Assembly: GCA_951406725.2 (NCBI GenBank)
Contig: OX597816.1
Coordinates: forward strand, 36,518,001 to 36,582,000
Length of the DNA stretch: 64,000 bases
Source of the DNA: Octopus vulgaris
Taxonomy: Eukaryota
Direction of reading: 5' to 3'
Shown here: positions 12,107-23,899 of the stretch, in pieces
Layout of the letters: each line of letters begins with the position of its first letter
Numbering within the stretch: position 1 is the first letter of the stretch
Notes under the pieces: generated by a model
Told to the model about the DNA's origin: nothing
Seen by the model: the letters and a program-made list of their open reading frames with translations, nothing else
Databases searched by the model: none
Position numbers and translations under genes: made by a program

Positions 12107-14554
12107 TAGAGTGGCCCTTAGCAATAGATAATTTTTTTAAAAGTTACAATTTTGCTGTTCCCACCTCCAGATCCTGTTCCAATAAAGAAAACAATGCGGA
12201 GTGCATAGTATAAGCAAAAATTAATTCTGTTCAAAAGCTATATACTCTTCACTTTCTCGACCATTTTCTTTTTTCTTCTGAGAGAAATTTACGTGGACAA
12301 ATCCAGGCAACTCCAACTGATGCTTAAAAGCATTCGAAATCAAATTTACCAATAGCTTATTTGAAAAATTTCAGATATAAGGTGAAAAACTTAAGAAATA
12401 TTAGGTTTTCTTAATAAAGCACACGACCTCTATAAGACAAACGCATTTTTATTTGCAACATTAATTTTTATAGAACGAAAAACATAATGTGAACACTGAA
12501 CGCAGAATATTGAACATTATCTTTGCATAAGAGATGACTAAGTGGCAGTTGGGTATGCTTTATGGATTTATGGTAACGATCTGTAAAACAAATTTTTTCT
12601 CAGTTTCATCTTTTATGAAAATGTTATTGTAATCATTCACAACAACTGTCCTCGCAAGATTTTCAAATCCACTTTTGTAACAAGGATCATCCTTCCGTGT
12701 TGAAGTGTCTTTATCCAGGAGATTTGTGCTAATAGAAAATCTCGCGAAGAAAGATTTTCTACCAGGAGTTACAAAAGACGAAAACTCGATGTTTGTAACG
12801 GAAGAAAAGTCATTTTGGTGCAGAACGTACCTCTTCAGTTGATTTTTTTCTTCCTTCTGTTCTTCACCTGTGTCTGCTTCCAGTATATCTTGAGCAATAT
12901 TTACCTTCACTTCTTTTGGGACATTGTCATCAAATACGGATAGGCCCTCAGTTTCGGGAGTTAAGTACCAGAGATGGATGGAATTTTTTTCGAAGCTGCC
13001 TTACTGGTTCCTGGATGAATATTCTGATAATTTATCAGTTGACTCATGAATAGGAAATCATGATAAGGTGCTTTAATTACTTCTGATGACAGATACTAGG
13101 CTCGAAATACACTTGAGCAAGAAAAATACATATTCCTCTTAAAGAGTTCTTTTTCCCGGAGGATAATTGAAATTGTTCTTCAAACAGATATATCTTGAAT
13201 GCATAAACTGCTTTTAACATCAACCTAGCATGACTTACATCTGGAGTACGAAATAATATACCGCTCTTCGGAATGGCGGCAAAAAAAGCTGATCGTTAAC
13301 GACAACAATTGTCGGTAATCACTTCGCTGTGGTTTCTGCATAGAAATGTGGTATTCAAGAAATCCTAGAATGGTAGAGCGGACATTATCAGGCGCTTCAT
13401 TGCTACCAGTTATGTAAACTATCTTGTTGAATTTCGTCCAGGTTTCTCTTAATCTGTTGTAAGACGCCATGTCTTGACCAGAAGTTTCATCCCATCAATG
13501 AGTGAAAGCAGCTCCTAAAAACTAACTAAAAACTGAAATGATGCCAGTGAAATACAGCATGTCGCGTTTGAACAACTTTTCTAGATTTGTACTGGCACCA
13601 TTCCCTAGACTTGTGTTGCTTGTCGTATCACTGCAAAGTGCTTGAATCTTCTCTACTGTTTGGTAAACAGCATGGCTTACTTTTCTCCTGAAGATGCTGG
13701 AATTTCATGGACTCCTGACAATTGCTCCTTGCCTTGAAAAGTCACTATTATTGCCAGTCTATCAACCATTTTAACGCTTGTGAATGCTGGAAGCCACTTT
13801 CCATTTGAGCGCAACACTAATTCTTGTTAGTCGTTTAGGTTAACTATGTGCAGTCTTTCAAGGTGTCTCGCATCTCTAAATTTTGTTCTAAGGCATTGAT
13901 AATAAGTATACAAAGCACATAACATTATAAAAACGGAGAGGCTATAAACATGATAGTACAACTTTGTTAGGGTTACCAACAGAACAGGGGAAGATCTATA
14001 TCAGAATGCGCCAAAACAAAATGAACGAGTGCTTACAAGTTATTACAAATAAATTTATTTATATTTGCAAACGCGGACAAGTCATTAGATCACTGTTTGT
14101 CACTAACATATATTTCTTAATATTTTATCTTTCAACACTACCATTAGATGTAGTACAGTTATTTCAACGGATGAACGCAACTCACAATTTCACTCGCTCA
14201 CGGCTGGCCGCCGACTGGATGACGGCGAAAAAATAGGTGTTTGACATATAACTGCGCTCTGTCTCCAGCTTTGCAAGTTGCCTCCTCCATTATATTTATT
14301 GCCACTTATCATTCTATTACCAAGAATAAGTCTTACCAAATTTATAATTTAAGAGAAACTTTTATGAGATAAATAATTTTATCTGAAAAATGACTTTCCG
14401 GGCGAATACTTCAAAATACTTCATGGTCGATGACGGTCACCTTGCAGTTGTTGAAATGAACTACAATTTTTCATAGATCGTTTTTGTTGTTGTTGTTAAC
14501 TGGAACAAGATAGGGGTATGAGTTCCAAATGTTTGAAAGTTGAAAAATAAGAGC

Positions 14555-14561
<7 letters not shown>
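12107..14561 (-). mobile_element. hAT-superfamily (hATm-like) DNA transposon with decayed transposase
   Basis: Imperfect TIRs TAGAGTGGCCCTTA (12107-12120) and TAAGAGCCTCTCTA (14548-14561), 12/14 match. Minus-strand motifs PQRSDYRQLL, HLWYLTPE, FDDNV, VVVND, LQIV recall hATm-type transposases; subfamily assigned from memory. Confidence 0.7.
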
Positions 14562-14633
<72 letters not shown>

Positions 14634-14644
14634 CCAATGGAGTT

Positions 14645-14696
14645 AAACGCAGGTGTTATTCAAGGAAGTAAAAGGATTTGAATAACACCTGCGTTT
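14645..14696. repeat. Perfect 19-bp inverted repeat (collapsed PLE-type end pair)
   Basis: AAACGCAGGTGTTATTCAA (14645-14663) pairs with 14678-14696. The arm resembles the 3' flank of the HHR elements at 55062-55099 and 19510-19527. Confidence 0.85.
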
Positions 14697-14882
14697 CAGT
14701 CTATTTATTTATTTATCTATATTGATCAGAAACATTTCGCCCAGGTCTGAACTTTCTACCTTTAGAAGTAGGCTGCAACATCCATGGTACTATGGGAATT
14801 TTGGGGAACTATTTATTTATTTTTCATGCTATTTGTAAACTTAGAAAAAATACACATACATTCATATGTGTGCGTTTTATTC

Positions 14883-14942
<60 letters not shown>

Positions 14943-14945
<3 letters not shown>

Positions 14946-15337
14946 TTATATATAAAAGTCAAGTTGTGTGTCTGTCTCCTACGATTTAGATTCCTAATTA
15001 CTCCCACATTTTGCGGTGCAGTTTAACCAAAACCGGGTATCTTATAGTCGTGATTCATATCGAGCCCTTCTGGGTATTAGCGCGCGTCTACGATGAGTCT
15101 ACGATTTAAAAAAAAAATTACCATCATTTTTTCCATTTTAATGCATTTCTTCCGCTATTATAAAAGGGAAGTAACTCTCTAAAATGTCTACGATGAGTCA
15201 ACGATTTAAAAAAAAATTACCATCATTTTTCTTCCATTTTTAATGCATTCTTTTGCTATTTTTTGGCTATAACTCTCTAAAATGCTTATATAGTTATTTC
15301 CCTTACAAACCCGAGCAACAACGGGCGATACTGCTAG
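14943..15337 (+). mobile_element. Non-autonomous Helitron
   Basis: Starts TC after A and ends CTAG before T, with subterminal hairpin CCCG..CGGG (15310-15325). Has an internal direct duplication (GTCTACGATGAGTC..CCATTTT) and no TSD. Confidence 0.8.
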
Positions 15338-15721
15338 TATATATATAAAACTGAAAATGCGTGTCTGTCTGTTTATATGTGTGCATCACCAAGGTCAACC
15401 GATTTCATTCAAATTTTATACATGCCTTACGTAGAGTGCATGCAGTGGCATGGTCCAAAACATTTTCAACTTCTTGTCTAATGCGAGCCCGGACCATTTT
15501 TTTATCTTTTACACTATTTCAGTATAACGTGTCAAAAATCAAACAGAATAATCTCTATTGTAATGTGAGATAATAATTTCACTTTTACTAGTTTCACAAT
15601 GTCGATAATATATACATATTGAAACTATTAATAATGAAACTATTATTTCACTTACATATATACATGCATATATATATATATATATATACATATATAATGT
15701 AAATCTACTCCAGGTCTTATC

Positions 15722-15805
15722 CCGCTAAGTGACGGGGACGTAAACAGACCAGCATCGGTTGTCAGGCGATGTTGGAGACAAACACATACACAGACATATA
15801 CATTC

Positions 15806-15847
<42 letters not shown>

Positions 15848-16015
15848 GACGGGCTTCTTTCAGTTTCCGTCTACCAAATCCACTCAGAAGACATTGGTCG
15901 GTCCGAGGCCATAGTAGAAGACACTTACCCCAGGTGCTACAGAGTGGGATTGAACACGGTACCATGTGGTTCGTAAGCAAGCTACTTACCGACGTACCAC
16001 ACAGCCACCCCTGCG
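15722..16015 (-). mobile_element. SINE family A, 5' two-thirds
   Basis: CCGCTAAGTGACGGGGACGTAAAC ... AGAAGACACTTACCC ... CACAGCCAC matches family A. Confidence 0.85.
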
Positions 16016-16143
16016 GCTATATATATCACTCAGCAAGTCGTTTTCTTTAAGGAATGCCATTAGTTTCCCTCTCACTATTCGTTCTATGACTGTGCTGATG
16101 TTTAAAGTCAGGGAGACAGGCCTATAATTTTTGGCATTCTTCT

Positions 16144-16176
<33 letters not shown>

Positions 16177-16322
16177 CAAAATAAGCAACAATAATAAGTT
16201 TGTTATTCTTTTTGCTTATTTTGATTATAATTACCCCACGGATTTATATGGATAACACCATACAGAATTCTGGTGCATCTAAATTAAGTACCATATTCAT
16301 TTGAATCATAATTTTTGCTGAA

Positions 16323-16362
<40 letters not shown>

Positions 16363-16373
16363 ATATATATATA

Positions 16374-16412
<39 letters not shown>

Positions 16413-16501
16413 ATAAAATTTTATTAAAAGATTTTGTCAGTGGTCAGTATATGAAAATACCTTTTAAGGTGAATATTATAAATACAATTATAAATAAGGG
16501 C

Positions 16502-16576
<75 letters not shown>

Positions 16577-17012
16577 TGTTATATGGCTGCTAAGTAAATT
16601 TCTGAAACATATATCTATGACTGTTTCCACGTCTCAAATCTTTCAAATACGTATATTTACTCTGATGAACGATAACATGTTATTTCTTCAAGCATTATTT
16701 TTACGTCAGCGGCGATTTTCTCTCGAAATTAGTTGGTATTATATGTCTGTACAATCGTCAATTGATTTCATTGTTTGCATCGTTGAACATGTTCTATGGA
16801 GTAGGTATTGTGCCAGAACATTACAATTTCACGTTTTAGATTGTAAACCTTAGTTTCCAATAATCAATTATAAGAAAGCCTTACTTATATTATGTACCTG
16901 GGATTATATCGATGGTTTCTCCCCTAAAGGATAAATATATTATTCCTGTTTCATATATTAAGCGATTGATTACACTCCATCAATTCGTTTACACATACAC
17001 ATCCTTGCATAA

Positions 17013-17242
17013 GTTATTTCTTTACTAACCACAAGGGGTTAAACACAGAAGGGACAAACAAGGACAGACAAAGGGATTAAGTCGATTACATCGACTCCCA
17101 GTGCGTAACTGGTACTTAATTTATCGACCCCGAAAGGATGAAAGGCAAAGTCGACCTCGGCGGAATTTGAACTCAGAACGTAACGGCAGACGAAATACCG
17201 CTACGCATTTCGTCCGGCATGCTAACGTTTCTGCCAGCTCGC
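17013..17242 (-). mobile_element. tRNA-derived SINE with Nin/Deu-like central domain (family N)
   Basis: Minus strand has GAGCTGGCAGAAACGTTAGC, box B GAGTTCAAATTCC, and central GACTTTGCCTTTCATCCTTTCGGGGTCGATAAATTAAGTACCAG. A second copy lies at 63524-63738. Confidence 0.8.
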
Positions 17243-17284
17243 ATCCTTGAATAAGTAATACTCTACTTTTCTCCATATATATGG

Positions 17285-17545
17285 AAGAAGCCTGTCGTAT
17301 ATATGTATATATATATGTATGTGTTTGCGTGTCCGTGTTTGTCTCCCTAGCATTGCTTGACAACCGATGCTGGTATGTTTACGTCCCCGTCACTTAGCGG
17401 TTCGGCAAAAGAGACCGATAGAATAAGTACTGGGCTTACAAAGAATAAGTCCCGGGCTTACAAAGAATAAGTCGACTAAAAGCGGTGCTCCAGCATGGCC
17501 GCAGTCAAATGACTGAAACAAGTAAAAGAGTAAAAGAGTAAGAGT
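17285..17545 (+). mobile_element. SINE family A, 3' half
   Basis: GAAGAAGCCTGTCGT ... CAGCATGGCCGCAGTCAAATGACTGAAAC(AAGTAAAAGAG)n, with a small internal duplication GGGCTTACAAAGAATAAGTC. Confidence 0.9.
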
Positions 17546-17550
17546 ATATA

Positions 17551-17870
17551 CTCTTTACTCTTTTCTCTCTTTTGCTCTTTTACTTGTTTCAGTCATTTCA
17601 TTGAGGCCATGCTGGAGCACCGCCTTTTGTCGAGTAAGTCGACCCAGGACTTATTCTTTGTAAGCCTAGTACTTATTTTATCGGGTTGTTTTGCCGAACT
17701 GGTAAGTTACGGGGATGTAAACACACCACCATCGGTTGTTAAGCGACGTTGCGGGGGAGGGACAAACACACAAACATATATACACGTATATATGTATATA
17801 TATATATACATATATACGACGGGTTTCTTTCAGTTTCCATCTACCAAATCCACTCACAAGGCTTTGGTCG
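17551..17870 (-). mobile_element. SINE family A, 3' part, tail-to-tail with the previous copy
   Basis: Reverse-complement match to family A from the tail through CACAAGGCTTTGGTCG. Confidence 0.9.
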
Positions 17871-17934
17871 ATAGACGCATTCTTAGCAGCTTTAGAGTTG
17901 GCTCGAATTAGAGATTAGTATTTGTGGCTGATTA

Positions 17935-18862
17935 GGAGAAGAAGAAGTAGAAGAAGAAGAAGTAGAGGAAGAAGAAGAAGAAGAAGTAGAAGAAGAAGAA
18001 GAAGAAGAAGAAGAAGAAGAAGAAGAACCAGAAGAAAAAGAAGAAGAAGAAGGAGAAGGAGAAGAAGAAGAAAAAGAAGAAGAAGAAGAAGAAGAAGAAG
18101 GAGAAGAAAAAAGAACAAGACGAAGAAGGAGAAGAAGAAGGAGGAGAACAAGAAGAACAAGAACAAGAAGAACAAGAAGAACAAGAAGAACAAGAAGAAC
18201 AAGAAGAACAAGAAGAACAAGAACAAGAAGAAAAAGAAGAACAAGAAGAAAAAGAACAAGAAGAAGGAGAAGAGGAAGAAGAAGAAGAAGAAGAAGAAGA
18301 GGAGAAAAAGAACAGGAAGGAGAAGGAGAAGGAGAAGAAAAAGAAGAAAAAGTAGAACAAGAAGAAAAAGAACAAGAAGAAGGAGAAGAAGAACAAGAAC
18401 AAGAAGAACAAGAACAAGAAGAACAAGAAGAACAAGAAGAACAAGAACAAGAAGAAGAAGAAGAAGAAGAAGAAGAAGAAAAAGAAAAAGAATAAAAAGA
18501 AGAAGAAAAAGAAAAAAAAGAAAAAGAAGGACAAGAAGAAAAAGAACAAGAAGAAGGAGAAGAAGAAGAAGAAGAAGAAGAGGAGAAAAAGAACAAGAAG
18601 GAGAAGGAGAAGAAGAAGAAGAAGAAGAAGAAGAAGAAGAAGGAGAAGGAGGAGAAGGAGGAGAAAAAGAAGAAGAAGAAGAAGAAGAAGAAGAAGAAGA
18701 AGAAGAAGAAGAAGAAGAAGAAGAAGAAGAAGAAGAAGAAGGAGAAGAAGAAGGAGAAGAAGAAGAAAAATAACAAGAAGAAGGAGAAGGAGAAGAAGAA
18801 GAAAAAGGAGGAGAAGGACGAGGAGAAGAAGAAGAAGAAGAAGAAGAAGAAGAAGAAGAAAA
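17935..18862. repeat. About 930-bp (GAA)n-based purine-rich simple repeat
   Basis: Almost exclusively A/G on the + strand, with GAA, GGA and GAACAA units. Confidence 0.95.
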
Positions 18863-19264
18863 AGATAGCAATAATATCACCCATCACAGCGAGAGCAGCA
18901 GGAGAGCTGGTAACAACAACAATAAGAACAGTGAGCAGGAACAGCGAAAGCAAATGGAACGACAGCAACAACAATAGCAACAGCAACAACGGAGAGACGG
19001 TAGAGAATAAGTTAAAAAATAGTATCAAGAGATCTGATCTCCCCGTCAGAATCATGAGATGAGGTCTCACTGGCTCTCCCACACCAATGACCCACCAAAC
19101 GTATGCTGCCTGCACCAATGTCAACCAACGGATAGCGTCTTCATTCATAAAAGCATTTTCTTTTTTTTATTTTACAATGTGCATTTTCGTTGATTTTTCT
19201 TATTTTTCCCTTACTTCTTATTTTCCACGTGTATTTTGGATTTTCTTTCTCTAACATATTTCTA

Positions 19265-19425
<161 letters not shown>

Positions 19426-19426
19426 T

Positions 19427-19492
<66 letters not shown>

Positions 19493-19546
19493 TATTGGTG
19501 AATTGAAGAAATGGAGCTGAACGCAGATTGAACAGAAATCGTTTTA

Positions 19547-19635
19547 TTTCATTCTACACGTGTTTCGAAAGGCACAAATTACCAAAATCCGATTGAATAA
19601 TGGGACCACATTGTGTCTTTCTCTTCAGGAAGAAA
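19547..19635 (-). ncRNA. Type-I hammerhead ribozyme, intact core (mirror copy)
   Basis: Exact reverse complement of 20653-20741. Confidence 0.85.
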
Positions 19636-20652
19636 ATAGGAAATCCGTTGGAAAAACAAAAACAGAACAGAGGCGGAGCAAAAACAAATCGAACTATGCT
19701 CCTAAGAGCCCATGGCGAAACTGTTTATCAGTGTATGTTGAGAACCGGTGGCTGAAGAATTTAACGGGTCAGGCATCGGTCAATCATGTGGGTGGGGGTA
19801 CACATTTTTTGTGTACGTGTGTGCGTTTGAGCGTTCGGCTGTCAATGGCGACTGAAGGATACGAACTTAAGCTACAGGCTGGAATGGTCAATTTTGTCGG
19901 TGGCCCTCCCATTTGATAGGGGCAGAAGGCAGTGCAACCTTTGTGTCTCCGAACTCTTCCATATTTTGTTTGCCAGAGGCCGGATGGTAAACGGGCTTTT
20001 ACAGTCGGCTTTTCGATGCCCCCATTGGCGGCGTTACACTTATCTGGCTTTTAAATAGCGTTTATAAATAATACCGGCACCCATAGCCCTTGGTAACAAA
20101 TTCTGAAATAGCCTTTAAGATATCTACGATTAACCACTGCAAGGGGAATTACTCCTGTAAGACAAACGGGGCTTGGTTTTTTCACAGCGGGGGGTTTCCT
20201 TGACAAGGCAGGCTTAGATGAACACACACACACATAAAACATAAAATATATATATATTTTTTTTTTCTGCCACCCAACGGCTCTCGCGGCAGTAGCCACT
20301 GACAGCCGAACGCTCAAACGCACACACGTACACAAAAAATGTTTTCTACCCCTACGCCAACACACACATATATAGAACAGTATACACACACACACGTCTC
20401 TAAGTAGATTTTTTCTCGCCCCTTATAAAACATCCAATATTCCTTAAATAGTCAGAACTTTATTCTCGGTCACAAAGAACACCCACACACCCTCACCCAC
20501 ATGATTGACCGATGCCTGACCCGTTAAATTCTTCAGCCACCGGTTCTCAACATACACTGATAAACAGTTTCGCCATGGGCTCTTAGGAGCATAGTTCGAT
20601 TTGTTTTTGCTCCGCCTCTGTTCTGTTTTTGTTTTTCCAACGGATTTCCTAT

Positions 20653-20741
20653 TTTCTTCCTGAAGAGAAAGACACAATGTGGTCCCATTATTCAATCGGA
20701 TTTTGGTAATTTGTGCCTTTCGAAACACGTGTAGAATGAAA
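20653..20741 (+). ncRNA. Type-I hammerhead ribozyme, intact core
   Basis: Stem I UUUCUUC/GAAUGAAA (one bulge); CUGAAGA at 20660-20666; stem II GAAAGACACAA/UUGUGCCUUUC (10/11 pairs); GAAA at 20722-20725; palindromic stem III ACACGUGU; GUA triplet with predicted cut after 20733. Confidence 0.88.
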
Positions 20742-21452
20742 TAAAACGATTTCTGTTCAATCTGCGTTCAGCTCCATTTCTTCAATTCACCAATAATGTT
20801 TTAATTTCAATTATCCGCACCAACGCACGGTTGCAACACCATATGGTTGTACCTCCAACCGTGCTGTTTACTGCTGTGATTTTTGCTACTAAGGTATCGG
20901 TTAAACCTTTGATTAATCTACTACAAGATTATTCATCTTTCTATTTCACATAATATATATATATATATGTATATATGTATCAAAAGAAAAACAGGACTCA
21001 AAGGACGCATATGTACTGCAAAATCCTTTGCGTCCTGTACAAAGCCATACCATCCCGTGCCATGTTCCACCTCTACCACCACCGACATCGTGGTGGGATT
21101 TCTCCATCCGGATACCAACGAGGGGGATGGATGTAGCTAACCCAAGTATTACACATACACCTCATTAGGGAGAAAGCAACTCGCCTGAACCGCCGTAATG
21201 GATTGGACACGTGGAAGCACATCTGCTGCTTGTAGGATTTCTAATCGGCGCTAGCTTGTCATCATCAAGAAAGACCAGAAATAGGAAAGTCAGATGAAGA
21301 ATCATGGATTCGAAAACGCTCACAAAATAAGCTATAATAACCAGCAGCAAGGCACACTGCAGGTCGCACGCAATATACAGGGTAAATAATCTGTCTTTCT
21401 ACCTTCATATTAATCTGTCTATCTATCTATCTATCTGTCTGTCTCTCTGTCC

Positions 21453-21506
<54 letters not shown>

Positions 21507-21533
21507 ATATCTGTCTGTCTATCTATCTGTCTG

Positions 21534-21585
<52 letters not shown>

Positions 21586-21697
21586 CCTACCTATCAACAT
21601 ACCTACCTACCTACCTACATACCTACCTACATACCTACCTACATACCTACCTACCTACATACCTCTCCTTGTTTCTCTCTTTGTTTTTTCTGTGTCC

Positions 21698-21733
21698 CTT
21701 TCTGTAGAAGAGCGTAGGCTTGAAACGTAAAAT
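21698..21733 (+). ncRNA. Hammerhead-like motif with CUGUAGA core in a short repeat (about 21670-21826; same family as 5380-5520)
   Basis: UUU-CUGUAGA-A-GAGC(GUAG)GCUU-GAAAC-GUA-AAA. The A6U change probably impairs activity. Confidence 0.55.
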
Positions 21734-22195
21734 ACTTTTTCTATTCCTGAGCGTTCTACTAATACATCTGTTTGTTTTGTACACCACCTGTCTTCGTCTT
21801 TTGTTTTATTTCGTAAACTCTCCCTACATACATACCTAACTACCTACCCACCTACCTACCTACATATCTACTTACCTATTTACTTTCATGTCTACTTTTA
21901 TGCACAAAACATTTACAAATCTTTAACCTTTATATCCATAAATTTTTAAAACTTTTAAAACATTTATATACATTGCGAAAAATTAACTGAATTATAGTTC
22001 ATTGCACTGTACTATATTCTATTCCATTTTACACCCCCGCTTTTCCCATTTTATTTCCTTTCAATTCCTCCATTACCTTTTTCCTTTTATAACCTTTCCA
22101 CTAACGCTGATATCCTGTTAAATGTTAATGCGCCAACCATATTATCTGAGATACATCTACACGTTATACGTATACAAAAATGTATGTGCGCATGA

Positions 22196-22256
<61 letters not shown>

Positions 22257-22257
<1 letters not shown>

Positions 22258-22621
22258 TAGCAGTATAGCTTGGCGTTGCTCGGGTTAGTTTTCTTTTCGA
22301 CCCTTTCGAATTGGAATTTTTGAATAGTAAAACTTTTGCATTATGTAGCTTGTGGAGATTTTTCTGGTTGAAATATACCAAAAAATGGCGACACAACAGT
22401 CAAAAAGTCGTAAAAAATAGGGATTTTTATAGAACAAAAGCACCTTTTTATGTAAATAATTTTTAGTCTTAACATGATCCGATTTGAATCTTTCCTTCTA
22501 CAGAATGAAGAGCAAGCCTTCTTCTAACATACTCTCAAATTCTGTCAACTTGCGCCGAAGAGTCACGGAGGAGATAGTGTTAGTTGAAGGCTACCAAACC
22601 TGCCACACACACACGCAGACA

Positions 22622-22625
<4 letters not shown>
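22257..22625 (-). mobile_element. Non-autonomous Helitron
   Basis: Minus-strand 3' end CCCGAGCAACGCCAAGCTATACTGCTAG|T. The 5' end resembles the other Helitron starts (TATAAAGTTGTCTGCGTGTG). Flanked by (TA)n on both sides. Confidence 0.75.
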
Positions 22626-22699
<74 letters not shown>

Positions 22700-22727
22700 C
22701 ATACATAGAGAGAGAGATGTATATGTA

Positions 22728-22799
<72 letters not shown>

Positions 22800-23103
22800 T
22801 AAGCACAAACAATCATAGAGATATGTGTCTCAATGTTTGGATGTATTATTTAAGCATGAATAAGTTTGTGTAAATGAAGGTGTAGAGGTGTATAGGACTG
22901 AAATCAACTACAAAAAAAATATCGGAGATGTGATATATCCAGCCATTGGCAAGAATATTTTTATATAATGTCAGCTATATCATATTTCTAAGGATTTTGT
23001 TCCTATTATTGATTATTGGAAATTAACAGCTATAAGGTTTCTGTTGACCCAAATTGTTATGTGAAATAAAAAAAATATTTTAATATAATATGCCTATTAT
23101 ATA

Positions 23104-23152
<49 letters not shown>

Positions 23153-23899
23153 GCAAATTATTATCGAGCGATAACACCAATAGACTTTCTTGAGTATGAA
23201 GTGAGCTGATTATAACCAACACATGCACATGAAATAGTTTCTATAGTTTCTAAAATATATATTAGTAACTGAAAGATCTTGAACTTGGATGCAGTCATGG
23301 GTATGTATTTCAGGAATTCGATTCACTGCTCTGTGGTGGCAAAATTTGATGTTCATGTGCTGTTTCTTGAGACTGTGTTTGTTTTTGTAGCATAGACTAG
23401 GTCTGATTCAAACTTGCTTCTAAAATATCGGTAAACGAATAATCACACACACGCACAAGTACACGAACACACTTATTCCTGCATATGCCTATACCAGGTG
23501 CATAACAGTAGATTTGCAAATGTTTGAAGGTAGGCAGTTATGACAGTTCTATATTGTTGTAACCTTAATTCATCATTACCATCCATTTATTATGCTGACG
23601 TAACAACTTTATTATTCCAGAATGAAAGAGAAGATGGTAACAGCACTTTGAAGATATCCTTACTGTACACAGATTGTCGCAGCTGACTGTTTTGCAGAAT
23701 GCAGTCGGGACATGAAGACAATTTGGAAGCAAGCTATGCAATACATTTATTAAAGTTAACAAAAACGCAAACGAAACTTATGAAATTCTCGAAACTGCTT
23801 ATAATGGCTGTTGCTACTGTATGTCTGAAGATAGGTCGAAATCTCATTATCTGGCAGCAGCAGACGGTTCGCTTCTGTCAATGATATATATATATATAC

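Larger units (their letters stand above)
19491..20797. mobile_element. Non-coding fold-back element: 304-bp identical inverted arms each carrying a hammerhead ribozyme (inverted PLE pseudo-LTR pair)
   Basis: 19491-19794 is the reverse complement of 20494-20797, with no mismatch seen. A second inverted block lies at 19802-19844 / 20300-20342. The left end abuts (TA)n. Confidence 0.85.

Noticed and set aside
17892-19148. 418-aa, 321-aa and 283-aa ORFs
   Set aside because: Poly-F/S/L/R/E translations of the GAA tract, with no domain signal.
19560-20728. Two ORFs with identical N-termini (19560-19916 +, 20444-20728 -)
   Set aside because: By-products of the inverted repeat: GTG starts, antisense to the ribozymes, no recognisable domain. 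The paired ORFs at 47055-47482 arise the same way.
21000-21390. Possible RTE-type LINE 3' remnant (WIGHV motif)
   Set aside because: A single short motif is insufficient support.
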